From Candidatus Poribacteria bacterium (GTDB lineage Bacteria > Poribacteria > WGA-4E > UBA9662): a stretch of 64,000 bases of DNA. The position numbers and the translations under genes were made by a program. A model generated the notes under the pieces. That model had not been told where the DNA came from. It ran no database searches and was given only the letters and a program-made list of their open reading frames with translations. Shown piece after piece: positions 40,751-51,348 of this stretch; position 1 is the first letter of the stretch; the number at the start of each line of letters is the position of its first letter. The stretch lies in NCBI GenBank assembly GCA_046582655.1, contig JAYGDX010000063.1, forward strand, positions 32,001 through 96,000. The letters are read 5' to 3'.

Positions 40751-41005
40751 TTAGCTTTCGGAGATCGTACGATACAAGGATGCTGCTTTGCTTTTTGAAA
40801 CATTGGTGGAAGGGAGTTCCAGTATTTCATAACTTGATGTTTCGTTTTCTCCAAGATCGATATCCAGTCGGTCGCCTGACGAAACCTTCTTGCCAGATTT
40901 CGCTAATTGGCCGTTGACAGCAACACCACCACGGTTGCAAATTTCATTTGCTAGAGTGCGCCGTTTGATGAGGCGGCTAATTTGAAGAAACTTGTCCAGA
41001 CGCAT
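40751..41005 (-). CDS. S4-domain RNA-binding protein (Hsp15/RqcP/YabO-like)
   Basis: [26 protein letters not shown] motif; start moved to ATG 41005. Confidence 0.9.
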   Translation of the reverse strand: MRLDKFLQISRLIKRRTLANEICNRGGVAVNGQLAKSGKKVSSGDRLDIDLGENETSSYEILELPSTNVSKSKAASLYRTISES

Positions 41006-43352
41006 TGCTTTTTCTAAACGCAAGATCGAGCACCTGAGTCATGTGATCGACTTTATGAAAGCGCAATCCACCTCGAATTTCTTCTGGGATCTCAGATAAA
41101 TCCTTGTCATTTTCTTCTGGGATGATCACATGACCAATGTTATTCCGGTGAGCAGCAAGCACCTTTTCTTTCAATCCCCCAATTGGTAGTACCCGACCAC
41201 GCAGGGTAATTTCACCCGTCATAGCGATATCACTTCGAACTTCCTTCCCAGTCAGTGCAGAGATCATGGCTGTAGCAATGGTAATACCTGCAGACGGACC
41301 TTCTTTAGGCACTGCTCCTTCAGGTACATGAATGTGGATTGAGTTGTCACTAAAGTTGTAATCATCAGGCAAATTGAGGGATTTGGAACGAGATTGGATG
41401 TACGCAAGTGCCGTCTGTGCAGATTCCTTCATCACATCTCCCAGTTGTCCTGTCAAGGTTAAATCACCTTTGCCACGCATTGTCGTTGCCTCAATTGCAA
41501 TAATATCACCTCCCACCTGCGTGTAAACCATACCAGTTGCAACCCCAATCTCGTCGTGCTCTTCCGCCTTTCTCCGAGTAAATTTTTCTGGACCAAGATA
41601 GTCAGTTAGGTTGTCTAAATCAACCGGAAATTGTTCAGATTTGTCATTGCCCACTGCAATTTTTTTCGCTACTCTTCTGCAAACAGTTGTAACTTCCCGT
41701 TCCAGATTTCGCACCCCAGCTTCACGTGTATACTTATTAATGATTTCGCTGATAGAGGTGTCAGAAAAACTAACAGAATCCTTTCTAAGGCCGTGCGATT
41801 CAACTTGCTTTGGAATCAAAAATTGATTTGCGATTTTACTCTTCTCATATTCAGTATAACCGGCTAACTCAATGATTTCCATCCTGTCGAGTAGCGGAGG
41901 AGGAATCGACATCTTCGTATTTGCAGTTGTGATAAACATAACCTCAGACAAATCAAAAGCAGTATCAAGGTAGTGGTCACGGAAAGTATCGTTTTGTTCA
42001 GGATCAAGCACCTCAAGGAGCGCAGAGGCTGGATCTCCTCGAAAATCACTCCCCATCTTATCAACTTCGTCGAGTAAGAAGAGAGGATTCTTTGATTTTG
42101 CATCACATATACCCTGAATTATCCTTCCAGGCATTGATCCAATATAAGTTCGACGATGACCGCGAATCTCTGATTCATCACGCACACCGCCGAGCGACAT
42201 ACGAATAAAGTTTCGATCTGTTGACCGCGCAACTGATTTTCCCAGCGACGTTTTACCGACTCCAGGTGGTCCGACAAAACACAAAATCGGCCCCTTAACC
42301 TTATCAACAAGTTTCATTACCGCCAAATATTCAAGAATTCGCTCTTTAGGTTTCTCTAGACCGTAGTGATCCTCATTAAGAATTTCTTCAGCCTGTTGAA
42401 TATCAAATTTTGAAGTTGTCCGTTTATCCCATGGAAGCGAAAGAATCCAGTCGAGATAAGTGCGAATGACACCAAATTCAGCAGACATAGGCGGCATTTG
42501 CTGGAGACGGTTGAGTTCCTTTTCAGATTTTTCTTTCGCCTCTTCAGACATATCTGCCTTTTCGATTTGTTCCCGTAGGTCCTCAATTTCAGAAGGGTTA
42601 TCACCTCGCCCAAGCTCTTTTTGAATTTCTTTCATCTTTTCTTGAAGGTAGAACTCTTTATGCGTCTTTTCAATCGATTTTCGGACTTTAGAGTCGATTT
42701 TTCGATCTAGTTCAAGTATATCAAGTTCCTCATCAAGAAATTGATTCACTAACCTGATGCGCTCAATCGGATCAATAGTATCAAGAACCTGCTGTAGTCT
42801 TTCACTTTGACTACCTATTATTAAACTTGCAATATAGTCCGCTAGCTTGCCAGGATCTACTTCTTTCCGCACAATGACAAGAGCTTCTGAAGATGATTGT
42901 TTACTTATTCGAACATATCGTTCAAGGAGCTTAATAGCTTTTCGCATAAGCGAACTCGCGTCATCTGAAGACGATGAATCCTCAGCGGGAACCGACACTT
43001 CTGCTGAGAAAAAGCCACTATCTTCAACCAGTTTTAGGACTTCCCCACGACTACTGCCTTCAACTGCAATCCGAATTGAGTCATCACCGGGATCATATGA
43101 ATCAACAACATCAGCAATTGTACCGACAGCATGAAAATCTTCCATGCTTGGACTTTCCGTGTCTTTATTCTTCTGATTCAATAAGAGAACAACTCGATCT
43201 GTATCAAGGGCATATTTGACAGCCAAAACACCGGTCTCTCTAACCACGTTAAGAGGTGTATTTAAACCTGGAAATATAACTTTCCCAGGTAATGGAATAA
43301 CTGGCAAAGTAAAACTGGCATCACGAACTTCAATCGCTGAATCAGATTTCAT
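40977..43352 (-). CDS. lon: ATP-dependent Lon protease
   Basis: LON N-domain, [38 protein letters not shown] (catalytic Ser), IGGLKEK. Confidence 0.97.
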   Translation of the reverse strand: MKSDSAIEVRDASFTLPVIPLPGKVIFPGLNTPLNVVRETGVLAVKYALDTDRVVLLLNQKNKDTESPSMEDFHAVGTIADVVDSYDPGDDSIRIAVEGSSRGEVLKLVEDSGFFSAEVSVPAEDSSSSDDASSLMRKAIKLLERYVRISKQSSSEALVIVRKEVDPGKLADYIASLIIGSQSERLQQVLDTIDPIERIRLVNQFLDEELDILELDRKIDSKVRKSIEKTHKEFYLQEKMKEIQKELGRGDNPSEIEDLREQIEKADMSEEAKEKSEKELNRLQQMPPMSAEFGVIRTYLDWILSLPWDKRTTSKFDIQQAEEILNEDHYGLEKPKERILEYLAVMKLVDKVKGPILCFVGPPGVGKTSLGKSVARSTDRNFIRMSLGGVRDESEIRGHRRTYIGSMPGRIIQGICDAKSKNPLFLLDEVDKMGSDFRGDPASALLEVLDPEQNDTFRDHYLDTAFDLSEVMFITTANTKMSIPPPLLDRMEIIELAGYTEYEKSKIANQFLIPKQVESHGLRKDSVSFSDTSISEIINKYTREAGVRNLEREVTTVCRRVAKKIAVGNDKSEQFPVDLDNLTDYLGPEKFTRRKAEEHDEIGVATGMVYTQVGGDIIAIEATTMRGKGDLTLTGQLGDVMKESAQTALAYIQSRSKSLNLPDDYNFSDNSIHIHVPEGAVPKEGPSAGITIATAMISALTGKEVRSDIAMTGEITLRGRVLPIGGLKEKVLAAHRNNIGHVIIPEENDKDLSEIPEEIRGGLRFHKVDHMTQVLDLAFRKSNASGQVSSN

Positions 43353-43376
43353 CTTGTATGAACTCCTTGCTTCACA

Positions 43377-44621
43377 TTATGCGCTTTTTACTTCATCGTG
43401 ACTAATTAGCTGAGGCCGTTCGCCCTTAACAACAGAATCATGCGTAATAACACACCCACTAACACCTTCGAGAGATGGAATCTCAAACATGGTATCCAAC
43501 ATCAGGTTTTCTAGAACAGAACGCAAGCCGCGAGCACCTGTTCCATGCTTCATCACCTCCCGAACGATTGCAGTCTTCGCATCATCTGTGATACGAAGAC
43601 TAATGTTATCGTATTCAAGAAGCTGTGAATATTGTTTCACAAGCGCATTTTTAGGTTGCGTCAAAATTCGAACTAAAGCAGATTCATCCAGTTCATGAAG
43701 TGATGCCACGACTGGCAAACGTCCTACAAACTCAGGAATAAAACCATATTTAATTAAATCTCTTGCTGTCACTTCCTTTAGGAAATCGTCAAGCTTTACA
43801 CTCTCTTTGCTCTTAACCTGAGCACCAAACCCCATCGTCTTCCTACCTATTCTTTCCTCAACAATCTTTTCAAGTCCAATAAAGGCTCCACCACAAACAA
43901 ACAGAATTTTACTGGTGTCTATTTCGATACATTCTTGATGAGGATGTTTTCGACCACCTTGCGGTGGAATATTAGCAACTGTCCCTTCAAGGATTTTCAG
44001 CAATGCCTGCTGAACACCTTCACCCGATACATCCCGTGTAATAGACGGGTTATCGGATTTGCGAGTAATCTTATCAATCTCATCAACATATATGATCCCC
44101 TTTTCAGCACGTTCAACGTTTCCATCTGCTGCCTGCAGAAGTTTCAATATAATGTTTTCAACGTCCTCACCAACATAGCCAGCTTCCGTAAGCGTTGTAG
44201 CATCTGTAATAGCGAACGGAACATTCAAGATTCTTGCAAGTGTTTGAGCCAACAGAGTCTTACCAGTGCCAGTTGGTCCTATTAACAGAATGTTACTTTT
44301 TTCAAGTTCAATACTAGACTGATCTTGATACTTGATCTTTTTGTAATGATTGTATACTGCTACCGAAAGAATTCGCTTAGCCTTATCCTGCCCAATGACA
44401 TAATCGTCAAGTTGAGCTTTGAGCTCAGCAGGTGAACGAAGCTGAAAGTCTCCTGCTAGCGATGAGTCCGCTTGATCTTCCGAACGATACTCATCTAACA
44501 CTTCAATACAGACATTGATACATTCATTGCATATGAAGACACCCGGCTTACCAGCAATCAACTTAAAAACCTCTTCCCTTACTTTCGCACAAAAGGAGCA
44601 TGCAACACTATCATCACTCAT
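43377..44621 (-). CDS. clpX: Clp protease ATP-binding subunit ClpX
   Basis: C4 zinc finger [27 protein letters not shown] loop, MGF loop. Confidence 0.97.
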   Translation of the reverse strand: MSDDSVACSFCAKVREEVFKLIAGKPGVFICNECINVCIEVLDEYRSEDQADSSLAGDFQLRSPAELKAQLDDYVIGQDKAKRILSVAVYNHYKKIKYQDQSSIELEKSNILLIGPTGTGKTLLAQTLARILNVPFAITDATTLTEAGYVGEDVENIILKLLQAADGNVERAEKGIIYVDEIDKITRKSDNPSITRDVSGEGVQQALLKILEGTVANIPPQGGRKHPHQECIEIDTSKILFVCGGAFIGLEKIVEERIGRKTMGFGAQVKSKESVKLDDFLKEVTARDLIKYGFIPEFVGRLPVVASLHELDESALVRILTQPKNALVKQYSQLLEYDNISLRITDDAKTAIVREVMKHGTGARGLRSVLENLMLDTMFEIPSLEGVSGCVITHDSVVKGERPQLISHDEVKSA

Positions 44622-44674
44622 AGCAACCTCGTATCTAACTTACCCACATAATATCAATAACGATCCCTTAAAAA

Positions 44675-45283
44675 TCAGTTATGACTATCATCATCTTCAG
44701 TAGGCCGGCGTGCCACCACATGATCAATTAGACCGTATTCGCGTGCCTCTTCCGCATTCATGAAGAAATCCCGATCTGCATCAGTCTCTATTTTTTCCTC
44801 GTCTTGACCACTATGTTGAGCCAACGTCGAATACAGTTCTTTCCGGATTCTGAGGATCTCTTGAGCGTGTATACTGATATCAGAAGCTTGCCCACTAACA
44901 CCACCCATAGGTTGATGAATGAGAACACTCGAGTGTGGCAAGGCGTATCGCTTTTCAGGCGCCCCCCCAGCGAGTAAAACAGCTCCCATACTGTAGGCTT
45001 GACCGACACACCAAGTTTGGATATCCGGTTTAATATACTGCATTGTATCATAAATAGCAAGTCCTGCACTAACGGATCCACCCGGAGTATTCAGGTACAG
45101 AACAACATCTGTATCGGCGTTCTCACTCTCAAGGAAAAGCAATTGAGCAACCACACTATTTGCAACCACATCATCTATAGGTGAGCCTACCATAACAATT
45201 CTTTCCTTTAAAAGTCGTGAGTAAATATCATAAGAACGCTCGCCACGACTTGTTTGTTCAATAACGATGGGAACTAGATTCAT
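44675..45283 (-). CDS. clpP: Clp protease proteolytic subunit
   Basis: [23 protein letters not shown] (Ser), IHQP (His), DRD; start moved to ATG 45283 behind GAGGA. Confidence 0.97.
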   Translation of the reverse strand: MNLVPIVIEQTSRGERSYDIYSRLLKERIVMVGSPIDDVVANSVVAQLLFLESENADTDVVLYLNTPGGSVSAGLAIYDTMQYIKPDIQTWCVGQAYSMGAVLLAGGAPEKRYALPHSSVLIHQPMGGVSGQASDISIHAQEILRIRKELYSTLAQHSGQDEEKIETDADRDFFMNAEEAREYGLIDHVVARRPTEDDDSHN

Positions 45284-45308
45284 CCCGCAACTTTCCTCGC
45301 ACGAGGTC

Positions 45309-46604
45309 TCATGTGATAATAAGCTTCTCTTTTTCTGATGCCGATTCAATAAGCAAGTCGCAAATTTTCTGGTATCTCAGCTCGTTTCTGTAGGAATCCA
45401 AACGATTACTTGCCCGCAACAAGCTGAGATACTTTTCGGGATCCCGATCTTGCTGTCGTGCTACGGAGCGCACATTGAGATCTAATTCGTCATCGGTAAC
45501 CGAGATATTTTCATTCTCAGCAACCTTATCAAATATCCAATTTAATTTGGTTTGCTTAATGGTTGACTCACGAAGTTCCTCTGGAAGAGTCGAGAGGTTA
45601 ATGTCAGCTTCTTCTGCCGTTTGACCGTCGCGCTTTAATTGTTGCTCAATATTTTTGATCGATTGCTCAACGTATTGATCAACCATCGACGATGGAACCT
45701 CAAGATCGATCATCTCTATAAGTTGATCCGTGACTTCTTGCTGTTGTTCTAACCGTCGAAGCCTCTTCTTTTCTTCAACCAGATCATTCCAGATCTCGGC
45801 ATACATCTGATCATAGTTCTCATACTCATGACTCTTAGCAAAAGCATCATCAAGTTCAGGTAGTTGTTTTTCAGTAATGGCTTTGAGGGTGAAATCGAAA
45901 GTTGTGAGAGTTGGTTCATCAACGTCATCTGATTCGTCTTCAAATGCAACTTCCGTTGTCTTTGACTCACCAACTTCCATTCCGACGATCGCACTTTCAA
46001 TGTCTGGATGAAAGGATTCTTTTCCAAGCTCAATATCGCTATCTTGTCCAGATCCATTTTCGATAGGTTGTCCCTCGATTGAACTTTCCCAATCGATTCG
46101 AACACAATCATCCTCACAAACCGAGCGATCTACCTCAATAGGGACAAAACTGGCGTCTCGATTCCTAAGCTGTTCAATGTATTTGTCAACCTCCTCACGC
46201 TCTACATTTGCAGGGGACTTGTCAACTTTAAGCGTACTATAATCTGGCATATCAATCTGCGGTTTAATACTGACAACAGTTGCAAAATTGAGAGACCTCC
46301 CGTTTTCTAACTCGACATCATCCAACTCAAAATCTGGATCGCCAACAGGAGCAAGGCCTTCTTGAACGATTGCTTCCTCTAGGGCAGAAGGAATAAGCCG
46401 CTGAATGGTATCAGCCTTTACGTGGTCGGCAAAGCGGGATTTGATCATATTGACAGGCACTTTACCTTTACGAAAACCAGGGATGGAAAGACTTTTTCTT
46501 AATTCTTGGTAGTTGCGGTTGAGTTCCTGATCGACTTTTTCAGGTGGGATTTCGATCCGCAACCGAACACTACTTGAAGTTAAGTGTTCAACTTCAACCT
46601 TCAA
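45309..46604 (-). CDS. tig: Trigger factor
   Basis: [10 protein letters not shown] signature, [10 protein letters not shown]; tig-clpP-clpX-lon synteny. Confidence 0.95.
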   Translation of the reverse strand: MKVEVEHLTSSSVRLRIEIPPEKVDQELNRNYQELRKSLSIPGFRKGKVPVNMIKSRFADHVKADTIQRLIPSALEEAIVQEGLAPVGDPDFELDDVELENGRSLNFATVVSIKPQIDMPDYSTLKVDKSPANVEREEVDKYIEQLRNRDASFVPIEVDRSVCEDDCVRIDWESSIEGQPIENGSGQDSDIELGKESFHPDIESAIVGMEVGESKTTEVAFEDESDDVDEPTLTTFDFTLKAITEKQLPELDDAFAKSHEYENYDQMYAEIWNDLVEEKKRLRRLEQQQEVTDQLIEMIDLEVPSSMVDQYVEQSIKNIEQQLKRDGQTAEEADINLSTLPEELRESTIKQTKLNWIFDKVAENENISVTDDELDLNVRSVARQQDRDPEKYLSLLRASNRLDSYRNELRYQKICDLLIESASEKEKLIIT

Positions 46605-46648
46605 TAGCTACTCCTCTAAAAATAAATCCGGCTCTCAATATATAGTGA

Positions 46649-46732
46649 TGGGCGTGAAGGGACTCGAACCCCCACGGGGGAAACCCCAACAGATCCTAAA
46701 TCTGCCTTGTCTACCAATTCCAACACACGCCC
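46649..46732 (-). tRNA. tRNA-Leu(TAG)
   Basis: Cloverleaf GGGCGTG...CACGCCC-A, anticodon arm GCAGA-TTTAGGA-TCTGT, long variable arm, GTTCGAGTC; CCA not encoded. Confidence 0.95.
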
Positions 46733-46786
46733 GATTAAGCTTCCTAAACAATTCAACAGATTCAAGCCTTAAAAGTAAACTAGTAA

Positions 46787-46860
46787 CGCGCCCGAAGGGA
46801 CTCGAACCCCCAACCTACAGATCCGAAGTCTGTTGCTCTATCCAATTGAGCCACGGACGC
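46787..46860 (-). tRNA. tRNA-Arg(TCG)
   Basis: GCGTCCG...CGGGCGC-G, anticodon arm ACAGA-CTTCGGA-TCTGT; CCA not encoded. Confidence 0.95.
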
Positions 46861-46872
46861 TCATCGAAAAAG

Positions 46873-46945
46873 GGTGGATGATGGGATTTGAACCCACGAC
46901 CACCTGATCCACAGTCAGGCGCTCTACCCCTGAGCTACACCCACC
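46873..46945 (-). tRNA. tRNA-His(GTG)
   Basis: Encoded G-1 opposite C73; anticodon arm CCTGA-CTGTGGA-TCAGG. Confidence 0.95.
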
Positions 46946-46957
46946 AAGATAAAAAAA

Positions 46958-47033
46958 TGGCACGCCCGGCAGGATTCAAACCTGCGACCTACTGATTAGA
47001 AGTCAGTTGCTCTATTCACTGAGCTACGGGCGC
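46958..47033 (-). tRNA. tRNA-Arg(TCT)
   Basis: GCGCCCG...CGGGCGT-G-CCA; anticodon arm ACTGA-CTTCTAA-TCAGT. Confidence 0.93.
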
Positions 47034-47043
47034 AGACTCAAGA

Positions 47044-47118
47044 TCGGGGTGAGAGGATTTGAACCTCCGACCCTCTGCTCCCAAAGCAGATGCGCTAACC
47101 GGACTGCGCTACACCCCG
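47044..47118 (-). tRNA. tRNA-Pro(TGG)
   Basis: CGGGGTG...CACCCCG-A; anticodon arm TCTGC-TTTGGGA-GCAGA. Confidence 0.95.
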
Positions 47119-47134
47119 TCCGATTGGACGCCAC

Positions 47135-47163
47135 AATATAACACATTTCGCAACTAGATTCAA
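47135..47163 (-). promoter_or_regulatory. Promoter of the tRNA cluster
   Basis: TTGAAT-17 bp-TATATT with an extended TG and a GC-rich discriminator (GTGGCGTCC) typical of stable-RNA promoters. Confidence 0.7.
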
Positions 47164-47273
47164 GAGAAAATTGGCACACACACCTCTCATCTCTACTGAC
47201 CGCGATTGCTCTTCAACATAGCTCAATTGCTACTTTGACACTCCAGTCAGTATGGACCTCCAATCAGTATGAC

Positions 47274-47303
47274 TTGACACTAATGTTGATGCTGTGCTAA
47301 TAT
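47274..47303 (+). promoter_or_regulatory. Promoter upstream of the nuoI-like gene
   Basis: TTGACA-18 bp-TAATAT with an extended TG. Confidence 0.6.
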
Positions 47304-47351
47304 GAAAATCACTAACAATCAAAACGAAACTTAAGATAAAAAATTATAGTT

Positions 47352-47909
47352 ATGAAAAATCTATCTGAAGAGATGTCATTCTGGGACAGGCTTTACATCC
47401 CTGCACTTATTAAAGGACTATTCACCACTATCAAGCATATTCCAAGAAGTAAACGGAGCACTTCTTATCAATATCCAGAGGATCAAAGAAGTATTGAGGA
47501 ACGGAATGATCGTTATCGCGGAATACATAAGTTAACTGTCGATGATCAAGGAAATGAAAAGTGTGTTGCCTGTTTTCTCTGTGCAACAGCGTGTCCCGCC
47601 AATTGCATTGCTATCGAAGCTGAACCTGCCCCAGAAGGATGGCAAACAGGAGAAGGGTACCAGCGGGAGAAACATCCCAAGTCATTCGAGATTAATATGC
47701 TTCGCTGTATTTTCTGTGGTTACTGTGTTGAAGCATGCCCAGAAGATGCCATCCAAATGACGGGCATTACCTTGCCTCAGTATTTTCGTGAAACCCAACA
47801 GGATAAAGAAGTTCTTGGGAGGAAGCGGAGCGATTTCATTTTCGATAAAGAAAAACTAATTAATAACAATTCGATACCACAACAGGGACTAAGTATCTAC
47901 TCGGAATAG
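47352..47909 (+). CDS. nuoI: NADH-quinone oxidoreductase subunit I (2x[4Fe-4S])
   Basis: QYPE, RYRGIH.L, CVACFLCATACPANCI, FEINMLRCIFCGYCVEACPEDAI. Confidence 0.93.
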   Translation: MKNLSEEMSFWDRLYIPALIKGLFTTIKHIPRSKRSTSYQYPEDQRSIEERNDRYRGIHKLTVDDQGNEKCVACFLCATACPANCIAIEAEPAPEGWQTGEGYQREKHPKSFEINMLRCIFCGYCVEACPEDAIQMTGITLPQYFRETQQDKEVLGRKRSDFIFDKEKLINNNSIPQQGLSIYSE

Positions 47910-47981
47910 AAATACCGACAATCTAAAAATGAAAATCTTACGGGTGGTCAATCCACTACAACGTAAGATTTTTTATTTTAA

Positions 47982-48911
47982 GTGTTTAGTAAAAATCAAG
48001 CGGCTGAAAATATGAAAGTCAGCGTCGTCGGACAAAACAATACTGTATTGCTGATTGCTCAGCATATATGTCGATTGAAGGAAGTTACGGAACTTGCATT
48101 AGTTGACGAAGTTCATGGCATCCCGAACTTCACACTAACTGAATTGAAAAGGATAGCGTCCATTGTGCGGTCTGATGTACGGTTGATAGCCGGTCGAAAT
48201 CCATCTATTTTGGCTGACTCCGAAATTGTAGTGTGTTGTCCGTTTGACTGCAATCAACTGCAAAAGCCCTCCCAATTTGGATATGCCGGATCTGTTGGAT
48301 CTACAAATACAGATCAAACCAAAGGTATTCATCAACACGCTCCAAAAGCCAAAATTGTGGTTGCTACTTATCCATCCTCTGACATTGTCCAATCTGTCCA
48401 TCAAAGTATCAATGCAAATTTGGGACAGGTAATCGGGATTTCTGGATGCCTAATAAATACAGATCTCAAAATAGGGATCTCAGAAGCGGTTGGTGTTTCA
48501 GTAGAGGATGTTGTGTCATTAATTATCGGAAACGATGACGAGTGCCATATGCTACCCCAGTATTGCCGTGCGGGCGGTATTCCAATCGATCAATTGCTGA
48601 GTCGAAACCAAATTGTAAAATTGGGTTCGCATGTGAGGAATCAACCCAAGAAATCCGTCTCTACTGACTTTTTGCATACAATTTCTACTTTAACCGCAGA
48701 AGTTGTAAATACCATTCTTCTCGATAAAAAACGGATTATGACAGTTGCGACAGTGATTGGAACTAACGATACGGAAGTATGCCTCAATTTGCCAGCGAAG
48801 ATTGGACAAAATGGTGCGGAGAAGTTTACGTCATTACATCTGACAAACGAACAACTTGAAGAATTTACAGGGTTGGTCAAAAGAGCAATTACCCAACGGA
48901 GCAGATTATGA
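47982..48911 (+). CDS. Malate/lactate dehydrogenase-fold protein lacking the catalytic motifs
   Basis: MDH-like layout (MKVSVVG, LALVD, LADSEIVV, APKAKIVV, VIGISG, GVSVEDV..LIIG, GGIPIDQLL, ILLDKKRI, LPAKIGQNGAE) but no GxGxxG, substrate Arg or catalytic His. Likely start is ATG 48012. Confidence 0.75.
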   Translation: MFSKNQAAENMKVSVVGQNNTVLLIAQHICRLKEVTELALVDEVHGIPNFTLTELKRIASIVRSDVRLIAGRNPSILADSEIVVCCPFDCNQLQKPSQFGYAGSVGSTNTDQTKGIHQHAPKAKIVVATYPSSDIVQSVHQSINANLGQVIGISGCLINTDLKIGISEAVGVSVEDVVSLIIGNDDECHMLPQYCRAGGIPIDQLLSRNQIVKLGSHVRNQPKKSVSTDFLHTISTLTAEVVNTILLDKKRIMTVATVIGTNDTEVCLNLPAKIGQNGAEKFTSLHLTNEQLEEFTGLVKRAITQRSRL

Positions 48912-50017
48912 AAGCAATTTACGACAAAATTGTTGACTTAATCGAAGACAACCAAACTGGCGCCTATTGTACTGTTGTAGATACTAAAGGATCAACTCCC
49001 CAGAAACCTGGATCGAAACTATTGATCTTACCCAATTTACAGAATATCGGGACGCTCGGTGGAGGTTGTGTTGAAGCAGAAGCACGCCAACAAGCTATTC
49101 AACTCATGCAAGATGGAAAACCACGTTTGCTCGAGTTTCAACTCAACAGCGATTATGGCTGGGACGACGGTCTAATCTGTGGCGGTAATATGAGGATTTT
49201 TATCGATATCCCTCAGTCGGAACTAGAATTGGAAATCTTCACGCGTCTTCGGGAACTTTCCGATCAGAAAATCCCGCTTGTGTTTGCGACCATAATAGAA
49301 AGTGAGGCAAAAAATCAAATTGGGTCGAAATTATTAGTTTCAACACACGGCCATAGATTCGGGGCTCTTGGAGATCAAGGTCTGGAAACCGAGATCGAAG
49401 AGCAACTAGACAAATTACTTGAGGATAATACCCCTTCAATTATAAGATCGAAAAACGACGCGGTACGCGCCTTTATAGAACCCATCCAACCCCGCCACAC
49501 CCTTTTAATTGCTGGCGCAGGCCACATTGGTCAGGCATTATGTCATCTCAGCAACTGGCTTGGCTTTGATGTGGTCGTCGTTGATGACCGTGTTGATTTT
49601 GCCTCGAAAGATCGGTTACCAGACGCCGACCGGATTATCGTTGGGGATATTTTTGAAGAGTTACAAAACTACCCCATCGATTCTTTTACCTACGTCGTAA
49701 TTGTAACACGTGGTCACAACCATGATGAGGAAGCTTTGCATGCAGTAATTAATTCAGATGCGCGATACATTGGATTAATTGGCAGTCGTCGCAAAGTGAA
49801 ACTGATCTATGAAGATCTTATGGAACTCGGAATCTTCCCTGAGAGGTTAGATCATGTATATGCCCCAATCGGACTGGATATTAACTCGAAAACCGTGCCC
49901 GAGATAGCTGTCTCAATTGCAAGCCAATTGATTCAGGTTCGCAACAATCCGAAGAGCAATTTTCGTTTCGATTCATCCCCCTCCAGGATGCCAACGGTCA
50001 AAATTGAACTAAACTGA
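48908..50017 (+). CDS. XdhC/CoxI-family molybdoenzyme maturation factor
   Basis: GSTPQKPGSK, GTLGGGCVEA, GLICGG, IAGAGHIG, VTRGHNHD, YIGLIGSRRK, APIGLDI.SKTVPEIAVSI. Confidence 0.92.
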   Translation: MKAIYDKIVDLIEDNQTGAYCTVVDTKGSTPQKPGSKLLILPNLQNIGTLGGGCVEAEARQQAIQLMQDGKPRLLEFQLNSDYGWDDGLICGGNMRIFIDIPQSELELEIFTRLRELSDQKIPLVFATIIESEAKNQIGSKLLVSTHGHRFGALGDQGLETEIEEQLDKLLEDNTPSIIRSKNDAVRAFIEPIQPRHTLLIAGAGHIGQALCHLSNWLGFDVVVVDDRVDFASKDRLPDADRIIVGDIFEELQNYPIDSFTYVVIVTRGHNHDEEALHAVINSDARYIGLIGSRRKVKLIYEDLMELGIFPERLDHVYAPIGLDINSKTVPEIAVSIASQLIQVRNNPKSNFRFDSSPSRMPTVKIELN

Positions 50018-50018
50018 A

Positions 50019-50807
50019 TCAATAGTTTTCCCCCTCTTTCGGCACTGGGTTAGGATGAACACCGCGAACGATTATGCCCTGGCCAGCACTCCCATCCGGC
50101 TCTGTCATCCGACAGTCAAGTGGTGACCGGAACTCAAACAGCAACATACGCCGCCATTGGTCGGAAATATTTGGTGAGGATCCATGGATCGTATAGTAAC
50201 TGAAAATAAGCAAATCACCAGCTCTCATCGGTACTGATGTGGCACGTTCTATCGGGTATTCATCCATTGGTAGATGGTGTGCCCCATCGTGAACATGCTC
50301 TATGTAACCTCTTGTATGGCTACCAGGAATGATATGCAGACATCCGTTATCAACTTCTGAATCATCCAAATAAAGTGTTGCCGCAACCATGGTATCAAGT
50401 TTGTGTGGAAAGTAATCATAATCTTGATGGAGGGGAAAGGCAGCTCCTATCTTGGGTGGTTTAGCGTGCATTAAAGTGTGATGTAGCTGTAAATTCTCGG
50501 ACCCCACAACTGTAGCAACAGGATCAGTGATATTCGACTCAAACATAAGTTGTGCTAATGTAGCTGAGTGTTCATGAATTCGGTGGATTGAGAGAACACT
50601 CCTTGCTTGCTTATCTCCATCGACCTTGACTTGTTCACGCCAAGATCCTCCCCAATGTGCTTCCAGCCTTCGACCAGCTTTCTGGGATCTCTCAATCATG
50701 AGATCAACTTCATCTTGAATTTGCTGAAGCCGCTCTCCAGCGAGAACCCGTTCAATTTTTATATAGCCATTTTTACCGAAAAATGATTTAATCTCTGTAG
50801 CGGTCAT
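50019..50807 (-). CDS. Phytanoyl-CoA dioxygenase (PhyH) family Fe(II)/2-oxoglutarate dioxygenase
   Basis: KPP..G..FPLHQD, NGCLHIIPGSH, TIHGSSPN...R. Confidence 0.92.
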   Translation of the reverse strand: MTATEIKSFFGKNGYIKIERVLAGERLQQIQDEVDLMIERSQKAGRRLEAHWGGSWREQVKVDGDKQARSVLSIHRIHEHSATLAQLMFESNITDPVATVVGSENLQLHHTLMHAKPPKIGAAFPLHQDYDYFPHKLDTMVAATLYLDDSEVDNGCLHIIPGSHTRGYIEHVHDGAHHLPMDEYPIERATSVPMRAGDLLIFSYYTIHGSSPNISDQWRRMLLFEFRSPLDCRMTEPDGSAGQGIIVRGVHPNPVPKEGENY

Positions 50808-50924
50808 ATTCTGTTCCGGTTACTTTTGCTCAATTTTGTTTCATCTAAAACAAATTATACCAAACCAAAGAAATGGTATCATAATTATTTGATTAATTTA
50901 ATAGTCTAGAAAAAGAGCCAAATT

Positions 50925-51311
50925 ATGGTGTCTCCAAATGTACCAAATGTTGAAGCAGAAAAAAAGGTGTCAGACCTCCCAGTGATCATTGAAGATAAAG
51001 ACTATACAGTTGCTGAAGTCTCACAAATTATTATAAAAACTCTGAGTCACGTCAGTGATCAGTCCGAATTTAACAACCTAAAATATTCAGCTGCTGACGT
51101 CTATTGGGTTCTGAATGATCTGTTGGGTTACATAAATAATCGAATGGAAGGAGAGTTTAAATTGCAAAATCTCAAAAAAGGAACTTGGAAAATTCGATAT
51201 ACTGACCAGAAAAAAGCGGAATACCTGTCAAACCGAAAACAGGAAAAAAAGAAAAAGCAGACGGCTGATTATATTGAACAGCTAACTGGAAAACGACCAC
51301 CATGGGCCTAA
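50925..51311 (+). CDS. Hypothetical protein with a Lys-rich C-terminus
   Basis: 128-aa ORF occupying the gap between the PhyH genes; no recognised motif. Confidence 0.6.
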   Translation: MVSPNVPNVEAEKKVSDLPVIIEDKDYTVAEVSQIIIKTLSHVSDQSEFNNLKYSAADVYWVLNDLLGYINNRMEGEFKLQNLKKGTWKIRYTDQKKAEYLSNRKQEKKKKQTADYIEQLTGKRPPWA

Positions 51312-51348
51312 CTGACAATCAAATCATGCAAAATTGAGGTAAGTTCTT

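Noticed and set aside
46645..46881. 78-aa plus-strand ORF
   Set aside because: It is the antisense of tRNA-Leu and tRNA-Arg.
46649..47118. tRNA cluster as an integration site for an island
   Set aside because: No integrase, no duplicated tRNA 3' end seen, and the flanking genes are housekeeping.
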